DNA of 63,095 nt, filler included, from Octopus bimaculoides (GCF_001194135.2; 8 parts of 7 records of this genome joined end to end with filler, not necessarily neighbours in it); one strand, 5' to 3'; positions 36,480-50,752 are shown, counted from the whole stretch's first letter. The notes: generated from the sequence alone by a model not told the origin. A program made the numbers and translations.

Positions 36480-37372
36480 ATCGATTCACTAAAGCAGGTC
36501 TTTTTTTCTTCAAAGCTTGGTTCAAACGCTCTAATTGCTGGCAGTAGACTTGAGCATTGATTGTTGCATTAGGTGGTAACAATTCAAAATGAATTGCTCC
36601 TTTGTAATCCCACCAGATAGAGAGAAGAACCTTTTCCCATGAAGTTCCCTTCTCAGTTGTGGTTGAGCTTTTTCCATTTTACCAAGCCACTGTTTATGAT
36701 GTTTAATATTGTGATAGAAGATCCATTTTTCATCACCATTCACAAGTCTATCCAAAAAGGGTGAAATGAGTTTGTGAGAATGGAGAGAAGAGCAGATGTC
36801 AACTCAGGATTTGCGGTTGCTTTCGGACAATTCATGAGGCACCCATTTTCCAAGTTAAGGAACCTTTCCAAGTTGTTGAAGATGATGATGAACAGTTGTA
36901 TGGCTTGAACTAAGCTTTATTGCCAATTCTTCAACTGATAATGCAGGATTTTCATCAAGTAATGCCTCAAGGAACTTATCATCAAACTCAATTGAACGTC
37001 CTGTTTGATCTTCATCTTCAAGGCTGAAATCTCCAGTTCTGAATTTTGCAAACCATCTGCAAGATCTTTCAATCAAGCATTCTTTCTCATAAACTGAGTG
37101 TATGTTTCAAGTCGCTTTGGCTGGAGAGTTTCCTTTTTTGTACTCATAAAGCATTATGTGCATCAAATACTCTTTGGATACTTCCGTGTTAGAAAGGGTT
37201 TTTAATCAAAGAAATTTTAATTCGATTATTCTGTACAATAATATTTAACTAGTTTAAATGTACGCAAATGCATAAAAATAATTTTCAATTCTATTAGACA
37301 CTCTAAAATACTATTAAATATCATTTAATTTTGTAAAAGGTAAAATCGGACAGAACTTATGGGATGACCTGA
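36480..37372 (-). mobile_element. Mariner element, 5-prime part (TIR plus decayed transposase)
   Basis: RWFAKFRTGDFSLEDEDQTGRSIEFDD...LSSSHTTVHHHLQQLGKVP and RLVNGDEKWIFYHN...LHGK. TIR end AAAATCGGACAGAACTTATGGGATGACCTGA|TA. A ~115-bp terminal fragment of the same family is at 48590-48705. Confidence 0.9.
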
Positions 37373-38454
37373 TACATTAATAATTTCTGTTTGCAAAATT
37401 GAAAATAATAATGACATCAATCGTGACTGAGGTGACTGGGATGCTGCTGCTGATTATTATTATTGTGAAATGTATTTGGTTGTTTACTACAAGATATTGC
37501 CCAATTGTAACCACTTTTTTTTTGTGTAAAATACCACTTTTAGAGACAGAGTATAAAATGTAAGTTGTAAATGTTGCAGCTCTCTTATGATATCATGGCA
37601 TGTTCTCTACATCAGGAATCCCCAACCACTAGACCACTAGTTCTTTTGGTACTGAACCACACACAAAGAATAAATTCTAATATTTTATTTTCTGTTATTG
37701 ACTATCACAGTCTGCAGGGTGATTTTTGTATTATGTGTATATATATTATTATTATTTAATAAGGCAGAATCATTAGCTCGCTGGATGATATGCTTAGTGG
37801 TATTTCGCCCATCACTATGTTCTGTGTTCAAATTCTGCTGAGGTCAACTTTGTTTTTCATCCTTTCGGGGTGGGGGGTGTCAATAAATTAAGTACCAGTT
37901 GCGTACTGGAGTGGATCTAATCAACTGGCCCCCTCCCGCCAAATTTTAGGCCTTGTGCCTATAGTAGAAAGGATTATATAATATATATGTATTATATATG
38001 CACTATATATGTAATAGTTAAATTATATATTATGCAATTTTTGTTATGCATGTGATCTCCCAGCTGGTGGAAAAATTGTCTTGCATGAGACTAGTTTGTG
38101 GAACAAAAATGGTTGGTGTCTACATCCTCTACATAATATCAACAGATCATTGTTGTTAAATAACCACCACCAAACATTTCAGCCCTTCAGTCGCTTTTGT
38201 AACTTTCTGTAGATTAAAAGAAAATATATAAACTATATAAATAAATATACCTATATATGAAGCTCTGTTTTTCCTGGTTGTTCTACCAAACTATATATAG
38301 TAACATTATAATGTCATTTGAATGAACAACTAAAAAAGACAAGCTATAACTAATTCAGTTTTCTATTGATAATTGTTTTGTTTTGTTCTTAACCTTGTAG
38401 CTTGATGCTACTGTCTTGTACTGTTATAAAAGAGAATGAGGGTTGTTTTGCCTT

Positions 38455-39167
38455 TGGCTATTATCGGTGATAATGGCGAACCCATAGCTAAACCCTCCTC
38501 TTGTTGATATATATTAGTGTCCATACTGAAGTAGGTAGTTTCTACACAGATTTCCATCAAATTTCTTATTGGTATACTAGTGAGTTCTTTTAGATGTCAC
38601 TAGTTTTTCTTGAATCACCGATAGTGCTTCACTTTGGGACTTTGGTGAACAGACTTATAACATCTAGACTCATCACCTGGTTGGATTCAAAGGGGGTATC
38701 CTTGATCAATTCTGTGAAGTGGGTGGAATTCTTCTCGAACAAAGTTGACTTTCCTGCTAATGGACTGATTATATCCACAGGGAAGCGGCTCAGTGAATAA
38801 CATGCTGAACCTCTACATCTCACTATAGGCCTTAATGGAATACCATCACTTATGAGACTTGCCAATTTTTCAGAGTAGTCAGACTTGTTAATCACCACTG
38901 TAGCATTTCCCTTGTCCGCTGGAAGTACTATGATGGAATTGTCACTCTGTAGTCTTTTGATAGCGAACTTTTCTTCCTTAGTGATGTTTGGTTTGAGAAG
39001 TTTTGCTTTTTCTAGTACCTGTCTCACTTTCCACCTTAGTTCATCTCTCCGAGCTTTCGGTATCTCTTCAATAGGGACTATTATGTCCAAGTATGGAATG
39101 CACTTGATGGTTGTTGCAAAGTTGAGACCTTTGTTCAGTACTACTTCTTCAGTACTGTGGCCCATAT
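38455..39167 (-). mobile_element. PLE RT segment, inverted relative to the adjoining endonuclease segment
   Basis: NKGLNFA...LPADKGNATVVINKSDY...IPLRPIV...SLDVISLFTKVP...LMEICVETTYF...QEEGLAMGSPLSPIIA. Confidence 0.93.
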
Positions 39168-39870
39168 GACATCGGGACAGTATTCAAGAGTAATACAACA
39201 CTTCGCAAATATCTCCTTCAAGTAAAACCACCAATAGAAGAGAATATGACCAAAGACTGTGTGTACACCATTCCATGCAACCGTGGTAGGTTATACGAAA
39301 GCGAAGCATGTTGCCCCCTCAAAATAAGGATAGACGAACATCGCAAAGCTGTGACACAAGGAGATATTGATAAATGTAGTATAGCTGATCATGTATGGAA
39401 AAATGGAGACCACCTCCCCCGTGGGATGAAGTTAAAATAATAGACAGAGAACACCACTGGAAAATACGAAAACTAAAAGAAGCAGCTTATATGCTAGGAC
39501 ACAACAACCTCCTAAGCAGACTGAGTACAGATATAAACAGCATATGGGAACCAGTATTAAGGAAGGATAGGAGAATATTAAATTTATAAGCCCTAAAATT
39601 CACTCCATAATTGCCCACGGGCATATGGCGTAGTGGTTAAGAATGCAGGCTTCTAACCCCAAGATTCCAAGCAGTGACCATAATAATAATAATAGCAGTA
39701 GCATCAAAAAAATACCTTAGGAATGAGAACCTAGTTTGAAATTTCCCCAGGACACCTGATGAAAGCTGGAGGGTATATCAGCTGAAATGTTGTGTTAGCA
39801 ACAAACAAAACGCGGACAAATATCTGTCAAATGTAAATAATGTACATAATTCCTCATCTCTTAAATATAG
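39168..39870 (+). mobile_element. PLE GIY-YIG endonuclease 3-prime part plus terminal repeat
   Basis: IGTVFKSNTTLRKYL...DCVYTIPCNRGRLY...RIDEHRKA...SIADHVW..WDEVKIIDREHHWKIRKLKEAAYM..., followed by a tRNA-like segment (39615-39670) and a hammerhead motif. Confidence 0.9.
39752..39795 (+). ncRNA. Minimal type I hammerhead ribozyme motif (near intact)
   Basis: ACAC-CTGATGA-A-AGCTG(gagggtatat)CAGCT-GAA-AT-GT-T-GTGT: a 4-bp stem I, canonical core, 5-bp stem II and minimal stem III with a GUU cleavage triplet. Confidence 0.75.
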
Positions 39871-40563
39871 AACTGTGTTTTATTTTTGTTGTAATTGTAT
39901 AATTATTTTCCTTTCTTTTATAGCCAAAAGGCATTTGTCCATTGTATATGTATAATTCTGTTTCATATGTTATGTTTGTCCTGTAGTTGAAAGACCCTTT
40001 CTGTTGTTTACTTATTTCTTTTCATATATGTACATTCATTTGTCTTACCCAGACGCTTAATGCCTTTAGCTTAAGTCCTTCGCCCAACCAGTTTTGAGTA
40101 GTACTGGAGATAAGTGGGCGAAACTACGAAGACATTTCAGACTTTGACTGAAGAAGCAATTGGCTGCAAATGATCTGTGTATCTTGTTTTGACCTGTTTG
40201 CTGTTGTTGTGCTATCCTTTTTCCCACATGTGTTTTGCTGGTTTCCGTTTGTTGTGTTCATTTTGTTCTACCTTTGATGTAAAGTCACAAATGACAAAGA
40301 AATAGTTTGATTTGAGGAAATTTTACTTAACAATAAGAAAGTACAAATTTCACGACATCACTTGAAAACATGTAAATAATTTATATAGGTACAAATGTGG
40401 CTGTATAGTAAGAAGTTTGCTTCCCAACCACATGATTTCAGGTTCAGTCCCGCTGCATGGCAAATTGGAGCAGACCAAAGCCTTGTGATTGTATTTGATA
40501 GATGGAAATTGAAAGAAGCACACTGTGTGTTTGTATATACACATATATGTTCACATACATGCA

Positions 40564-40636
<73 letters not shown>

Positions 40637-40638
<2 letters not shown>

Positions 40639-40863
40639 TCTTTTATTCTTTTACTTGTTTCACTCCTTTGACTGTGGCCATGCTGGGGCTCCACCTTTAG
40701 TCGAACAAATCGACCCCAGGACTTATTCTTTATAAGCCTAGTGCTCTTTCAGTCTCTTTTGCCTAACCGCTAAATTATGGGGATGTAAACACACCAATAT
40801 CGGTGTCAAGCAATGATGGCGGGAGACAAACACAGACACACAAATACATACATACACATACAT

Positions 40864-40901
<38 letters not shown>

Positions 40902-40911
40902 NNNNNNNNNN

Positions 40912-40950
<39 letters not shown>

Positions 40951-41112
40951 GATGGGCTTCTTTTAGTTTCCTTCTACCAAATCCACTTACAAAGCTTTGG
41001 TTGGCTCGAGGCTATAGTATAAGACACATACCCGAGGTTCCATGCAGTGGGACTGAATCCGGAACTATGAATTTGGGAAGCAAGTTTCTTACCACATAGC
41101 CACTCCTGTGCC
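40637..41112 (-). mobile_element. SINE family A, near full-length
   Basis: Reverse complement of family A, from tail (40637) to head (41112). Confidence 0.88.
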
Positions 41113-41132
41113 CAAACACATTCATATATATA

Positions 41133-42677
41133 CACTGTGTTTCAAATTATTAACAACGTAACATTTTTATTTACTTAAAAACTACTTTTTGGAATTCAAC
41201 AAAATCTCCACAGAATGATGACAAGTTATATGTACGTGGTGTGTAAAAGACGTTGGGTTCTGGAGAACAACACAGAAACTACGGTCATTTACCAAACTTA
41301 TGTAAGCTTTTACTCTTTCAAATTATTAGCGAGGTGTAATTAAAACTCATGTAAACAAGAAAATACCAACTTAATTGTTTGATGTACATACTGAAATGAA
41401 CACATACAGTCATAAACATGGAAGAAATAGAAATAAGCAAATAAGCTGCATTCAAAAATGATAGGTGAGCTGGTTAATGAGGGATATATGAGCCTTTGTT
41501 TCAAATAAGTTGGAAAAGGTGCTGGTCCATGATATGTTCTAATTTCTGGATCTCCTGTGATCTTATACCATGAGAAACATCCAGTATTGCCTATTACAGT
41601 TCATCCTTGCTCCTAACTTGGTGTCCATTCTTGTAAACTCATCGCTTTAGAATACTCCACATGTTTTCTATTGGGTTTAAGTTGGGGGAACAGGCAGGCC
41701 TCTTCATCTTTGGAGGCCCACAGAATCGTAATTGTTGTAGATACTCTGTAGTTTTCTTTGCTGAGTGCAAGGGCTCATTATCTTGCATGAATATTATGGT
41801 TGTCTTGAAGGTGATCCATTGCTTTTTAACCAAGGTTAAAGGTGCCCCCTCAGAAAGGCTGTGTAAGCATCTGCAGTCATTTTAACACTGTCAGGCACCT
41901 TCCAAGGACCAACCATAATAATAATGCCCCAATGATACCTGCCCAAATCATGGTGCCTCTTCCCCTTGTTGGTGTCTCATCCATTTACAACCCACCACTT
42001 ACTTTAACCATCAGTTCTATCAAGGCTAGTATGAGTTATAAACAAAACTTTTGAAAAGTCAACCTTCATGTTATCTCCTGCCCATTTCAGAAGATTTTGT
42101 ATGTGTATTTTATTCAAAGGTGGCTTTTTATCTGATGTCACTGGTTTACTGACCTTTTTCAGAAGACAATATTGGGTAGTTCTGGACACAGTTGTTTCAC
42201 CAAAGTGCTTGAAAATTTCTCCACTTTTAAGACCTGGGTTCTTTACAGCTTCATACTTAATTCATGACATAGAACACCGAGAAACAGTCCTTGAATGACC
42301 CTTGTCGGTTCTCTTACATATCTTTGTTGGAGCTGTAACAATTTTTTTCACAGTTTGGTGAAAGTTTCCAATTATTTTAGACATTTCTAATATTGATTTA
42401 CTTTTTGCAAATTCAGAAGCAATAACAGATTTCTCTGAAGCAGTTAAGTCACATTTACAACCTATAATTACATGATTATCAGACCACTCATTAATAATTT
42501 GGAACACTGGAAGTTTGTGGAAATCATGCAAATGGCTGTGGTTTGCTTACACTTGCACAAAACCTCACGTTTATTACACACCACACATATAACAGTTGTC
42601 CTCATTCTGGAAATTTTTGTTGAATTCCAGTGAGTAGTCTTTAAATAAAATATGTTGTTATAAATTGAAATGCAGTG
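41133..42677 (-). mobile_element. Near full-length Tc1 element, decayed transposase
   Basis: Imperfect TIRs CACTGTGTTTCAAATTATTAACAAC / GTTGTTATAAATTGAAATGCAGTG with TA flanks. IIFMQDNEPLHSAK...PACSPNLNPIENMWSILKR is of DD34E type. Confidence 0.92.
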
Positions 42678-43415
42678 TATAAACATATACAACAGGTTTC
42701 TTTTGGTTAGTTCAAATACATGTCAGGGAATCTGATAATGTCACCAATGTTGATGCTGAAGCTTTTTTTTTCTGTGTTGTTGTTATTGTTGAGTAATTGT
42801 GGATAATGCCTACTTCAGTAAACATATAGCTGTAACATAAGTGATCAAATACTTAAAATGAACCCAACCAAAAACTGACAATCTCTAGATAGGCATATTA
42901 AAAAAAAAGGTTAACTTGTTAACTTTTGGTTACACTTAGTATTTAGTTTGTTTAATTTAACTAATTGGTCACTTCTTTATTGTACCCAAGTAGTTATGGA
43001 TATAAGCTCATGATCATAAGGTTGTGAATTTAATTTCTAGGACTTGTGGCATGTTGAGCTCTTGAACAAAACACTTCATTTTATGTTGCTCCAGTTTACT
43101 CACCTCAAATGAGTACCAGAAAAGTGCTGTTGCTGCCCTTTCTTGCTCCAGCTGTCATATCCTAAATGTTTATCCTAAGTGCTTAGCTGATTCAAGAGCG
43201 TGAAGGCTTAGGCAGTATTTGTGACTGAAAACAATTAACAAGAGCATAGTACTTGCTGCTAGTCAAACTAATTGATGTGAAACAGCTAAGTGTTTTTTTG
43301 GTAATGTAAATCATTTCAGATTTTGAAAATATATCATCTCAATTTTCAAGTGAGATGGTAGATTGTTGATACACATGCAGCAGCTATAGATGGAAAACAT
43401 TAAGCAACTTAACAC

Positions 43416-43454
<39 letters not shown>

Positions 43455-44527
43455 CCCCTCTCTCTATCCCTCTCTCTTTCTTTCACTCACACACACACAC
43501 TTACACTTTCCCTTTTCCCACTTGATATTTTCCAGCCAGTGTGCATATGGAGTTTGTGTGTGCATGTGTGTGTATATTTGTATGTTGTACATTTATTTTC
43601 CTTCATAAATCTGAATTTGAGACCCTGTTGAACCAGTGTTTCAATCATAGAAGAAAAACTGATTTTCAAATACATACAAATAGTTCCAGAAAATATATTA
43701 ATGTATTTTAATGCTTTATATGAAACTTTTTGGAACCAGATTAAAATTAATATTATTTTGTATTTATTTCAAATCTTAATTGCTCAGAGGTAAATAGGGT
43801 GACTGAATTTTTAGCTGTGTCAGAAAAAAAGTTGATTCACTTACTTTCTAGTTAGATTAAAATTTTTTTAATGATATTTCATATGGTGATAAACTACTGA
43901 AAAGTACTGAAACATGCAAATATGATTATATGTATGCAATAGCTCACTCACACACATGTACATGCAAAATACATCTGCATGTGCACACATGGGACATACA
44001 AATGCAAATGCATGCATGTACATGGTCACATGTCTGTAGCCCTATCCACTCATACGATCTCACATGCACAAATGCACATATACAAAGGTAAGGATTCTTG
44101 AACACTATTAGTCTTCTAAAATTCTAGTGATTATATTTAAATACATAAATAACTAGTCTGAATCCATAGCTTATGTAAATTGTGTGTGCACAGCAAACAG
44201 TGCAGCTTATTTCTTATCTGTTACCCAGATATCTACTAGCCTCATGTCTTCCACCATCTTACATTTTGTCCTTAATATTATCCAACAACCTCACTTTGTG
44301 GTCTTATATCTTTTTTACTGTAAGTTTATTTTTGTATGATGTTATTCTTGTGTAGTAGATTTAGTTTGTTGTCTAGTTCAGCACCATTATCTGGCCCTAT
44401 GGTTGACTTAGCTGAGTTCATGGTGTTGCAAGCTTTCAAGCAGGTTTCTTGTCTGAGAATAATTTTTTTCTTTTCTTTTTGTGGTTTGCAGTCTTCTCAA
44501 CAGCTTTTGTGTTAACACTTTCATTAG

Positions 44528-44588
<61 letters not shown>

Positions 44589-45639
44589 TACATGCATGCA
44601 TGCATGGGAAAATAATTTATACTGCAGTTTCAAAATACCATAATTCATATTCAAAAATAGATTATCCTAATCAAGTTATTTCAAAATACATTATTACATA
44701 TTCAAAAATATCATATATTCAAAATGCATTACTACCATAAAATTATTTTAAGATTACATATTCCAAAGTACATTTTCACATTTAAATTCTTTCAGAACAC
44801 ATCATTAAACACTCCAATGCACATAATTACAAAAATATGTAAATGTTTTGTTGTATGTAACTACAAACTGGTTTAACTTCTTAGAGAATATTTTCATTGA
44901 AATGTACATGTGTGTAATGGCTAGTTACTAGCCCTTATTTAGTATATGTGTCCACCAGAAGCAGCCTCATTATAGACTCACTAGGTAACGAAGGTGGTAA
45001 TATAATGTGTTAATAGACCTAAATTGAGCAGGGGTATACATTTTTATACATCAACTATTCAAAAAATGTGGGAAAATATGTATTTTATAAATATTGATAA
45101 ATGAATTGAAAATAAGTATCAATAATTGGTTAATGGCTTAAATTTAGTTTATATTTTTCAATAAAAAAGTTTCTCTATTGATTATTATTCTGTACTATTT
45201 TCTGCACATGGATATAATAGGAAAAGCTTAAAATTTGGTTGCTGAGTATCTGTGCATTTATCTAAATGCTTGCTGAGTCGAACTTTTTTCATGTATGGGT
45301 CACATATTTTCGTGGTAAACTGTCTTCTAATTGACATGCGTGTTTAGCCAATGTAATTCTTGCCACACCCACAGTATGTTATGTGATAAATTATATTTTC
45401 TGATAGGCATGTTATGTTATTTTATTATTTAAAAATTTTGCCCATTTTTAAAGCATAATTTGGAGTCTGTGCATATATTAATACAAATTCCACAATTCAA
45501 TCTCATAGATTTTTTTACTGTTATGATTTGTATTAATGCTGAGAGTTAATTGAGTTTATGTAGTGAATGCGACTGTTAGTCTTTTTACTTTTAATTACTT
45601 TTTATTTTTCTAATATTCCCTTCATTTTAGGGTCATGTT

Positions 45640-47400
45640 TTAACTGATAAATTTTGATTACTTACATTAAAGACTTCGATAATCATAGGGTTATGGATTT
45701 AAATGTATACTAAAACATTTTGTTTTGGTTATTACAGTTCTTAAATTTCTTGCCTTTGTGGTTTCTTTTGCATTGTTAATTAATGATGGTGGATAGTGTC
45801 ATCTGATCAGAATATCTTCTAGTTCCTTTTAAGTGTTTGGATTCAATAATGCTAGATTGTATGGGATATTGACTTGATTGTGTTTTGGGTGGTATGAAAG
45901 TAAATATTGTTTTGAGTTTGTTGATTTATAACACATCTATTTCAATCTTGTTCTGCTTTTTTTATAACTAATATGTCTGAAAAGTGCAATTTATCCTTGC
46001 TGTACTCCATAGTATCCTGAAGGTTATGGTTGATACTATTTGCAAGAATCTTAAATTCAGTGAGTCTATCCAAACTGTCTTCCCATAGAATAAAGCAATC
46101 ATCTAAGTACCTTTTCCAGTTTTCTATTAAGTAATTATGAGAATGCTTTACATATTTCTGCCTTGATTTTCCTTATATTTTTATCTTAAGATATCTCATT
46201 GCTAAATTTACATATGATGGGACTACCTTGCCATTCCAAATTTTAGTTTATATATTACTTGGTTAAAATTTAAGAAAGTTCTTTTGTAGAAGACCTTCAA
46301 TAATAAATTCTTTTTGTATGTGATCTGTTGACTCATGAGGTCATTTATTAAGCCAGAATTGTATTACTTTTATTCCATATTCATAATGAACATTTGAATA
46401 CAGGTTAACCACATCAAAAGAAACTATTAAGATTTCTTTATTCACTACATGGAAGGTGGTTTAACATATCCCAAGTCATATTTTAGTTTCTCTGTATATG
46501 CATCAAATATAGTTTCAGTAATGTGCCTCAGTAGGTTTCATAAGATGGTCCTGCCACTATTTGTTATAATTTTAAAACATTTAGGTGAAGAACATTTAAA
46601 CAAGGAACTGAGGATTTCCTATGGTCATCATTTATAAAATTACTTTAATGGACTTTTAGCATTTCATATAAATTGCTTGTTTTACATTTAAAAAAGTAGT
46701 CGTTATCAGTTAAGCCATTATTGAATAAATTGGCTAGGACATTAAGCGTTTGCATTATTTTCTACTGATTGCAGTTAACTTTTCACAACAACTGTTGTCT
46801 TCAAGTATGGATAGTGAGGGAAATTTAAAATAGTTTGTGCCCCTTACAACTATAACACTTCCTTTATCAACTTCTTTTAGAACCAGTTTTGAATCAGTTT
46901 ATTTACTTCTATTTCTGGCTAAATATTCATCATTGTTGTCTTTATCAAACAGCTCTTCTGTAAGCCTTAGTTTTCAGCAGGTTTGTAACATTATCTTTGA
47001 TTTCATATAGATTCAAATTTTGTGGTGTTGGTGTAAATTTAAGCCTGTTTGCAAGTGTGTTCATTTATTTTAATGTTAGTATTTTATTGGACAAATTTAA
47101 AACTTTTGTTTTTTTATTCTTAGCTGTTCCACCTGCTGCCTGTATTCCTTTTGACAGGGTCTAAGAAATGATTATGAAAGTTTTGAAGTTTTGATTAGCT
47201 AGATTTGTTTTATTTATATATTCATGAATTATGTTACCTTTCATAAATATTTACAAAGTTCTTTCCCTGTTTGTTTGTTGTTTCAAAATTCTCTCTCTTA
47301 TAATGATTTTCAAATGTGTTTCTTCTGTAATTGTTCTGTACTTGTTGAAAAAAACAGATCTTGAGTTACTTGTTGTTCTCTATCTAGGGTGATTTCTGTT
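45640..47400 (-). mobile_element. Large decayed PLE RT remnant
   Basis: Minus-strand WKRYLDDC (46095-46118), preceded by a GMA..VVPSYVNLAM motif (~46200-46240). Boundaries are approximate. Confidence 0.72.
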
Positions 47401-47574
47401 AAATTCACTCTCAGATAATTTTCTTTTAAAATTCAGTATTTGTTTTTTTGTTGAATATTTGGTCATTTAAAAAAAAAAATTTAATGCTTGGTATATTTTG
47501 TGTTATATGTGTGTATGTATGTGTGTGTGTGTGTAAATTCACACATGCACATATATGCATATATGCATATGCTT

Positions 47575-47633
<59 letters not shown>

Positions 47634-48851
47634 CATACATCATCATCATCATCATCGCCATTTTCCTCATTTTTATGTCCACTCTTTCATGCTGGTATGA
47701 GTCAAGCAAAACTTATGGAGGTAGTTATTCTATGACCAATTGTTCTTCCTGTCATCAATACTTTCTTGTTTCCAAATAAAGTAAAATTTCATCCTACGCC
47801 TTTGATTGCCAAACAACAGCTCAATAGTTAGACATGTTTTTGAGGCAGATTGCAAACAATGATACCATTACATAGACTGTGGCATTGTTCTCACTCAGTA
47901 TGCAGTAAATATCAATAAGAACGTTATAAAGAGAATGAGAAGCCATGAACACAGACACATTTGTACACACACACACATGCATATATATATATATATATAT
48001 ATGTATATAGTATTTTAGAAAGATTTCACTAGATAATATCTCCCCACACGACCTCGGCATCCTAATGAATTGTTGTTTATGTTAATTGAATATTTGAAAA
48101 TATAGTCCTTGTCTTACTTATTTCATTGCTTGCCACCAGAAAGTAAACATCTGCCATGATGATATCCTGCCATAATCATCATCATCATCATCATCATCAT
48201 CGTTTAACGTCCGCTTTCCATGCTAGCATGGGTTGGACGATTTGACTGAGGACTGGTGCAACCGGATGGCTACACCAGGCTCCAATCTAATTTGGCAGAG
48301 TTTCTACAGCTGGATGCCCTTCCTAATGCCAACCACTCAGAGAGTATAGTGGGTGCTTTTACGTGTCACCCACACGAAAACGGCCACGCTCGAAATGGTG
48401 TCTTTTATGTGCCACCCGCACAAGAGCCAGTCCAGGGGCACTGGCAACGATCTCGCTCGAAAATCCTTACACATGTGGGGTTATTTTACATCTAACATCA
48501 CTTAAATGGTGATGATCTGAACTTAATGGCTGAATTGAAACATATGTAGGATTCTTTTTTTTATGTAGGATTCTTTTTTATATTTTGTGATTCTGTTCCT
48601 TTAAATCTCAAATCTTTTTAATTCTATTAGACATTCTAAAATACTATTAAATTTCATTCAATTTTGAAAAAGGTAAAATCAGACAGAACTTATGGGATGA
48701 CCTGATAAATGAACACCAGAAAAAATTTTTTGTATGCAACATCATATATGCCATAAATTCAGCAGCAAACCAAAAACAAAAAAAAATGTCATTGGCTGAA
48801 TATAGCCTGTGAGCTGTAGATTGGTGACTCCTAAGGTAGTCATTTCATTTA

Positions 48852-50396
48852 CCCCCTTGTTGGCAATGGTGAGATATCTTGTTTTTGCATGTTTTACCTT
48901 TTTCAGAGTTGGATGAAATATCTCGTCCAAAAGTTATTGTCTCAAATAATAGCCGGGACAGAATATCATGTCTAACTCAACCCTTCTAGAGCACTTTGCA
49001 GGTGTAAACGAGTATGTTTGTCTTAATCATATGTCTGGCAGTGGGTCACACCATTCATGCTCTCACTTCAGTCACATGACTCATGCCTTGCATCATTACA
49101 ATTATCAGTCATTCATTAGTACACACATATGTACATACGTTGGCTTATTCTAAGGACACATTTTGCATTTTTGCTTTTTAGTTTTAAATTAAGTAGCAAC
49201 AATGAAATTGATGACAGAATCTACTGCATGTGAATTGGATCCAGAAGTTACTCTCTCAGATGATGATGATGATAATGATAGTAATGATGATGCCTTGCTT
49301 GCTGCCAGGTAATGGTATTGGCTTCTTGTTGGAGATAATCTTGTGGATGCTTTTCCACCATTTCCTTTCGTTGGAGAACCAGGAATATTAATTGATGATG
49401 ATATATCGGAAATGGCTCCTCTTGATGTTTTTTCCTTTTATTCTGATGATGATTTAGTTGACTTTGTTTGCAGTGAGACAAATAGATTTGCAAAACAAAC
49501 TTCACCTAGAGATAAGAATTGGCATGCTGTTACAGTTAGGGAAATCATTTATTTTTTGCTGTGAACATGCTTGGAGGTATTATAAAGGCACCAAATTTGG
49601 AAATGCACTGGTCAAAGCATCCTCTTCTTGAACAGCCAATTTATGGAACTGCCATGTTTCTAATGCAATTTTGTAAGATATGACAATATCTACATTTCAT
49701 TGATAATGACTCTTATGACGAAGCAGGTCATCCAAATTCTAAGCTGCATAAAATATATGATATATACTTTAAGCTACAAGAGAAATTCCAGAGTTTGTAC
49801 ACTCCAAAACGAGACATTTCTATTGATGAGGGCCTCATGCTATTGATTCCCTCTTCAAAGAAAATTATGTTGATGTTCCTCATCGATGAGCTGGAAGATC
49901 ATCATCATCTCACCCTCTCAGTACACATCTGGACATTCTCCCATGGAAAAGAAGAAATTTCCCACAGAAAAGTGTGCACAATGTGCAAAAACATGGAATG
50001 CCTATGGCAAGCCAGTTTGCAAAGAATCCCGTTATATGTGTAAAATTTGCAAAGTTCCATTATGTGTAACTCTATGTTTTGAAACATTTCATTCAAAGTA
50101 GCCATGTAATGAACGAGAAGTACCACAAGTAAAGCAAGTAATGTTTCTTTGCTTTTATTTAAAACAGTCTTTCCAATTTTTTCAATTTATTTTACTAATT
50201 TTTTTTTACAGAAGATGAAATATCTTGTTTTTGCTTACATATGATAATAACATATATATTTACATGAATATATACAATATTTAAATTCTAATACTTTCCT
50301 GAGCAATGGCATAAAATGTACAATAACATAAGCAAAAAGGAAAAATTTGTCTGGTTTTGCATAGTTTTGTTTTTCAAAAATCTGCCGAATAAGGGG
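48852..50396 (+). mobile_element. Internally deleted piggyBac element (PGBD-like)
   Basis: PLDVFSFYSDDDLVDFVCSETNRFA...HFIDND...KLHKI...FQSLYTPKRDISIDEGLML, then the C-terminal Cys-rich domain KCAQC...SRYMCKICKVPLCVTLCFETFH. Ends CCCCTTGTTGGCA / TGCCGAATAAGGGG with degenerate TTAA flanks. Confidence 0.88.
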
Positions 50397-50646
50397 TTAT
50401 TATTCGAATTTATTCTTTTATTCATTTATTTGTTTCAGTTATTTGGCAGTGGCCATGCTGGAGATCCGACTTAAGGGGTTTTTAGTTGAAGAAATTGATC
50501 CCAGTACTTATCCTTTGTAAGCCTAGTACTTGTTCTATCGGTTTCTTTTGCTGAACCACTAAGTTACAGGTACATAAACACACCAGCATTGGTTTTTCAA
50601 GTTATGGTGAGGGGACAAACACAGACACACATAAATATACACACAC

Positions 50647-50729
<83 letters not shown>

Positions 50730-50752
50730 TGTATATATATATATATGTAATA

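Noticed and set aside
32025-44319. Plus-strand candidate exons 32025-32092 (KQTSCTFGLLEVNMLREENKEM) and 44229-44319 (YLLASCLPPSYILSLILSNNLTLWSYIFFT), phase-compatible
   Set aside because: Good donors, but the first acceptor is AAG and the peptide matches no family I recognise. Not separable from chance without RNA-seq.
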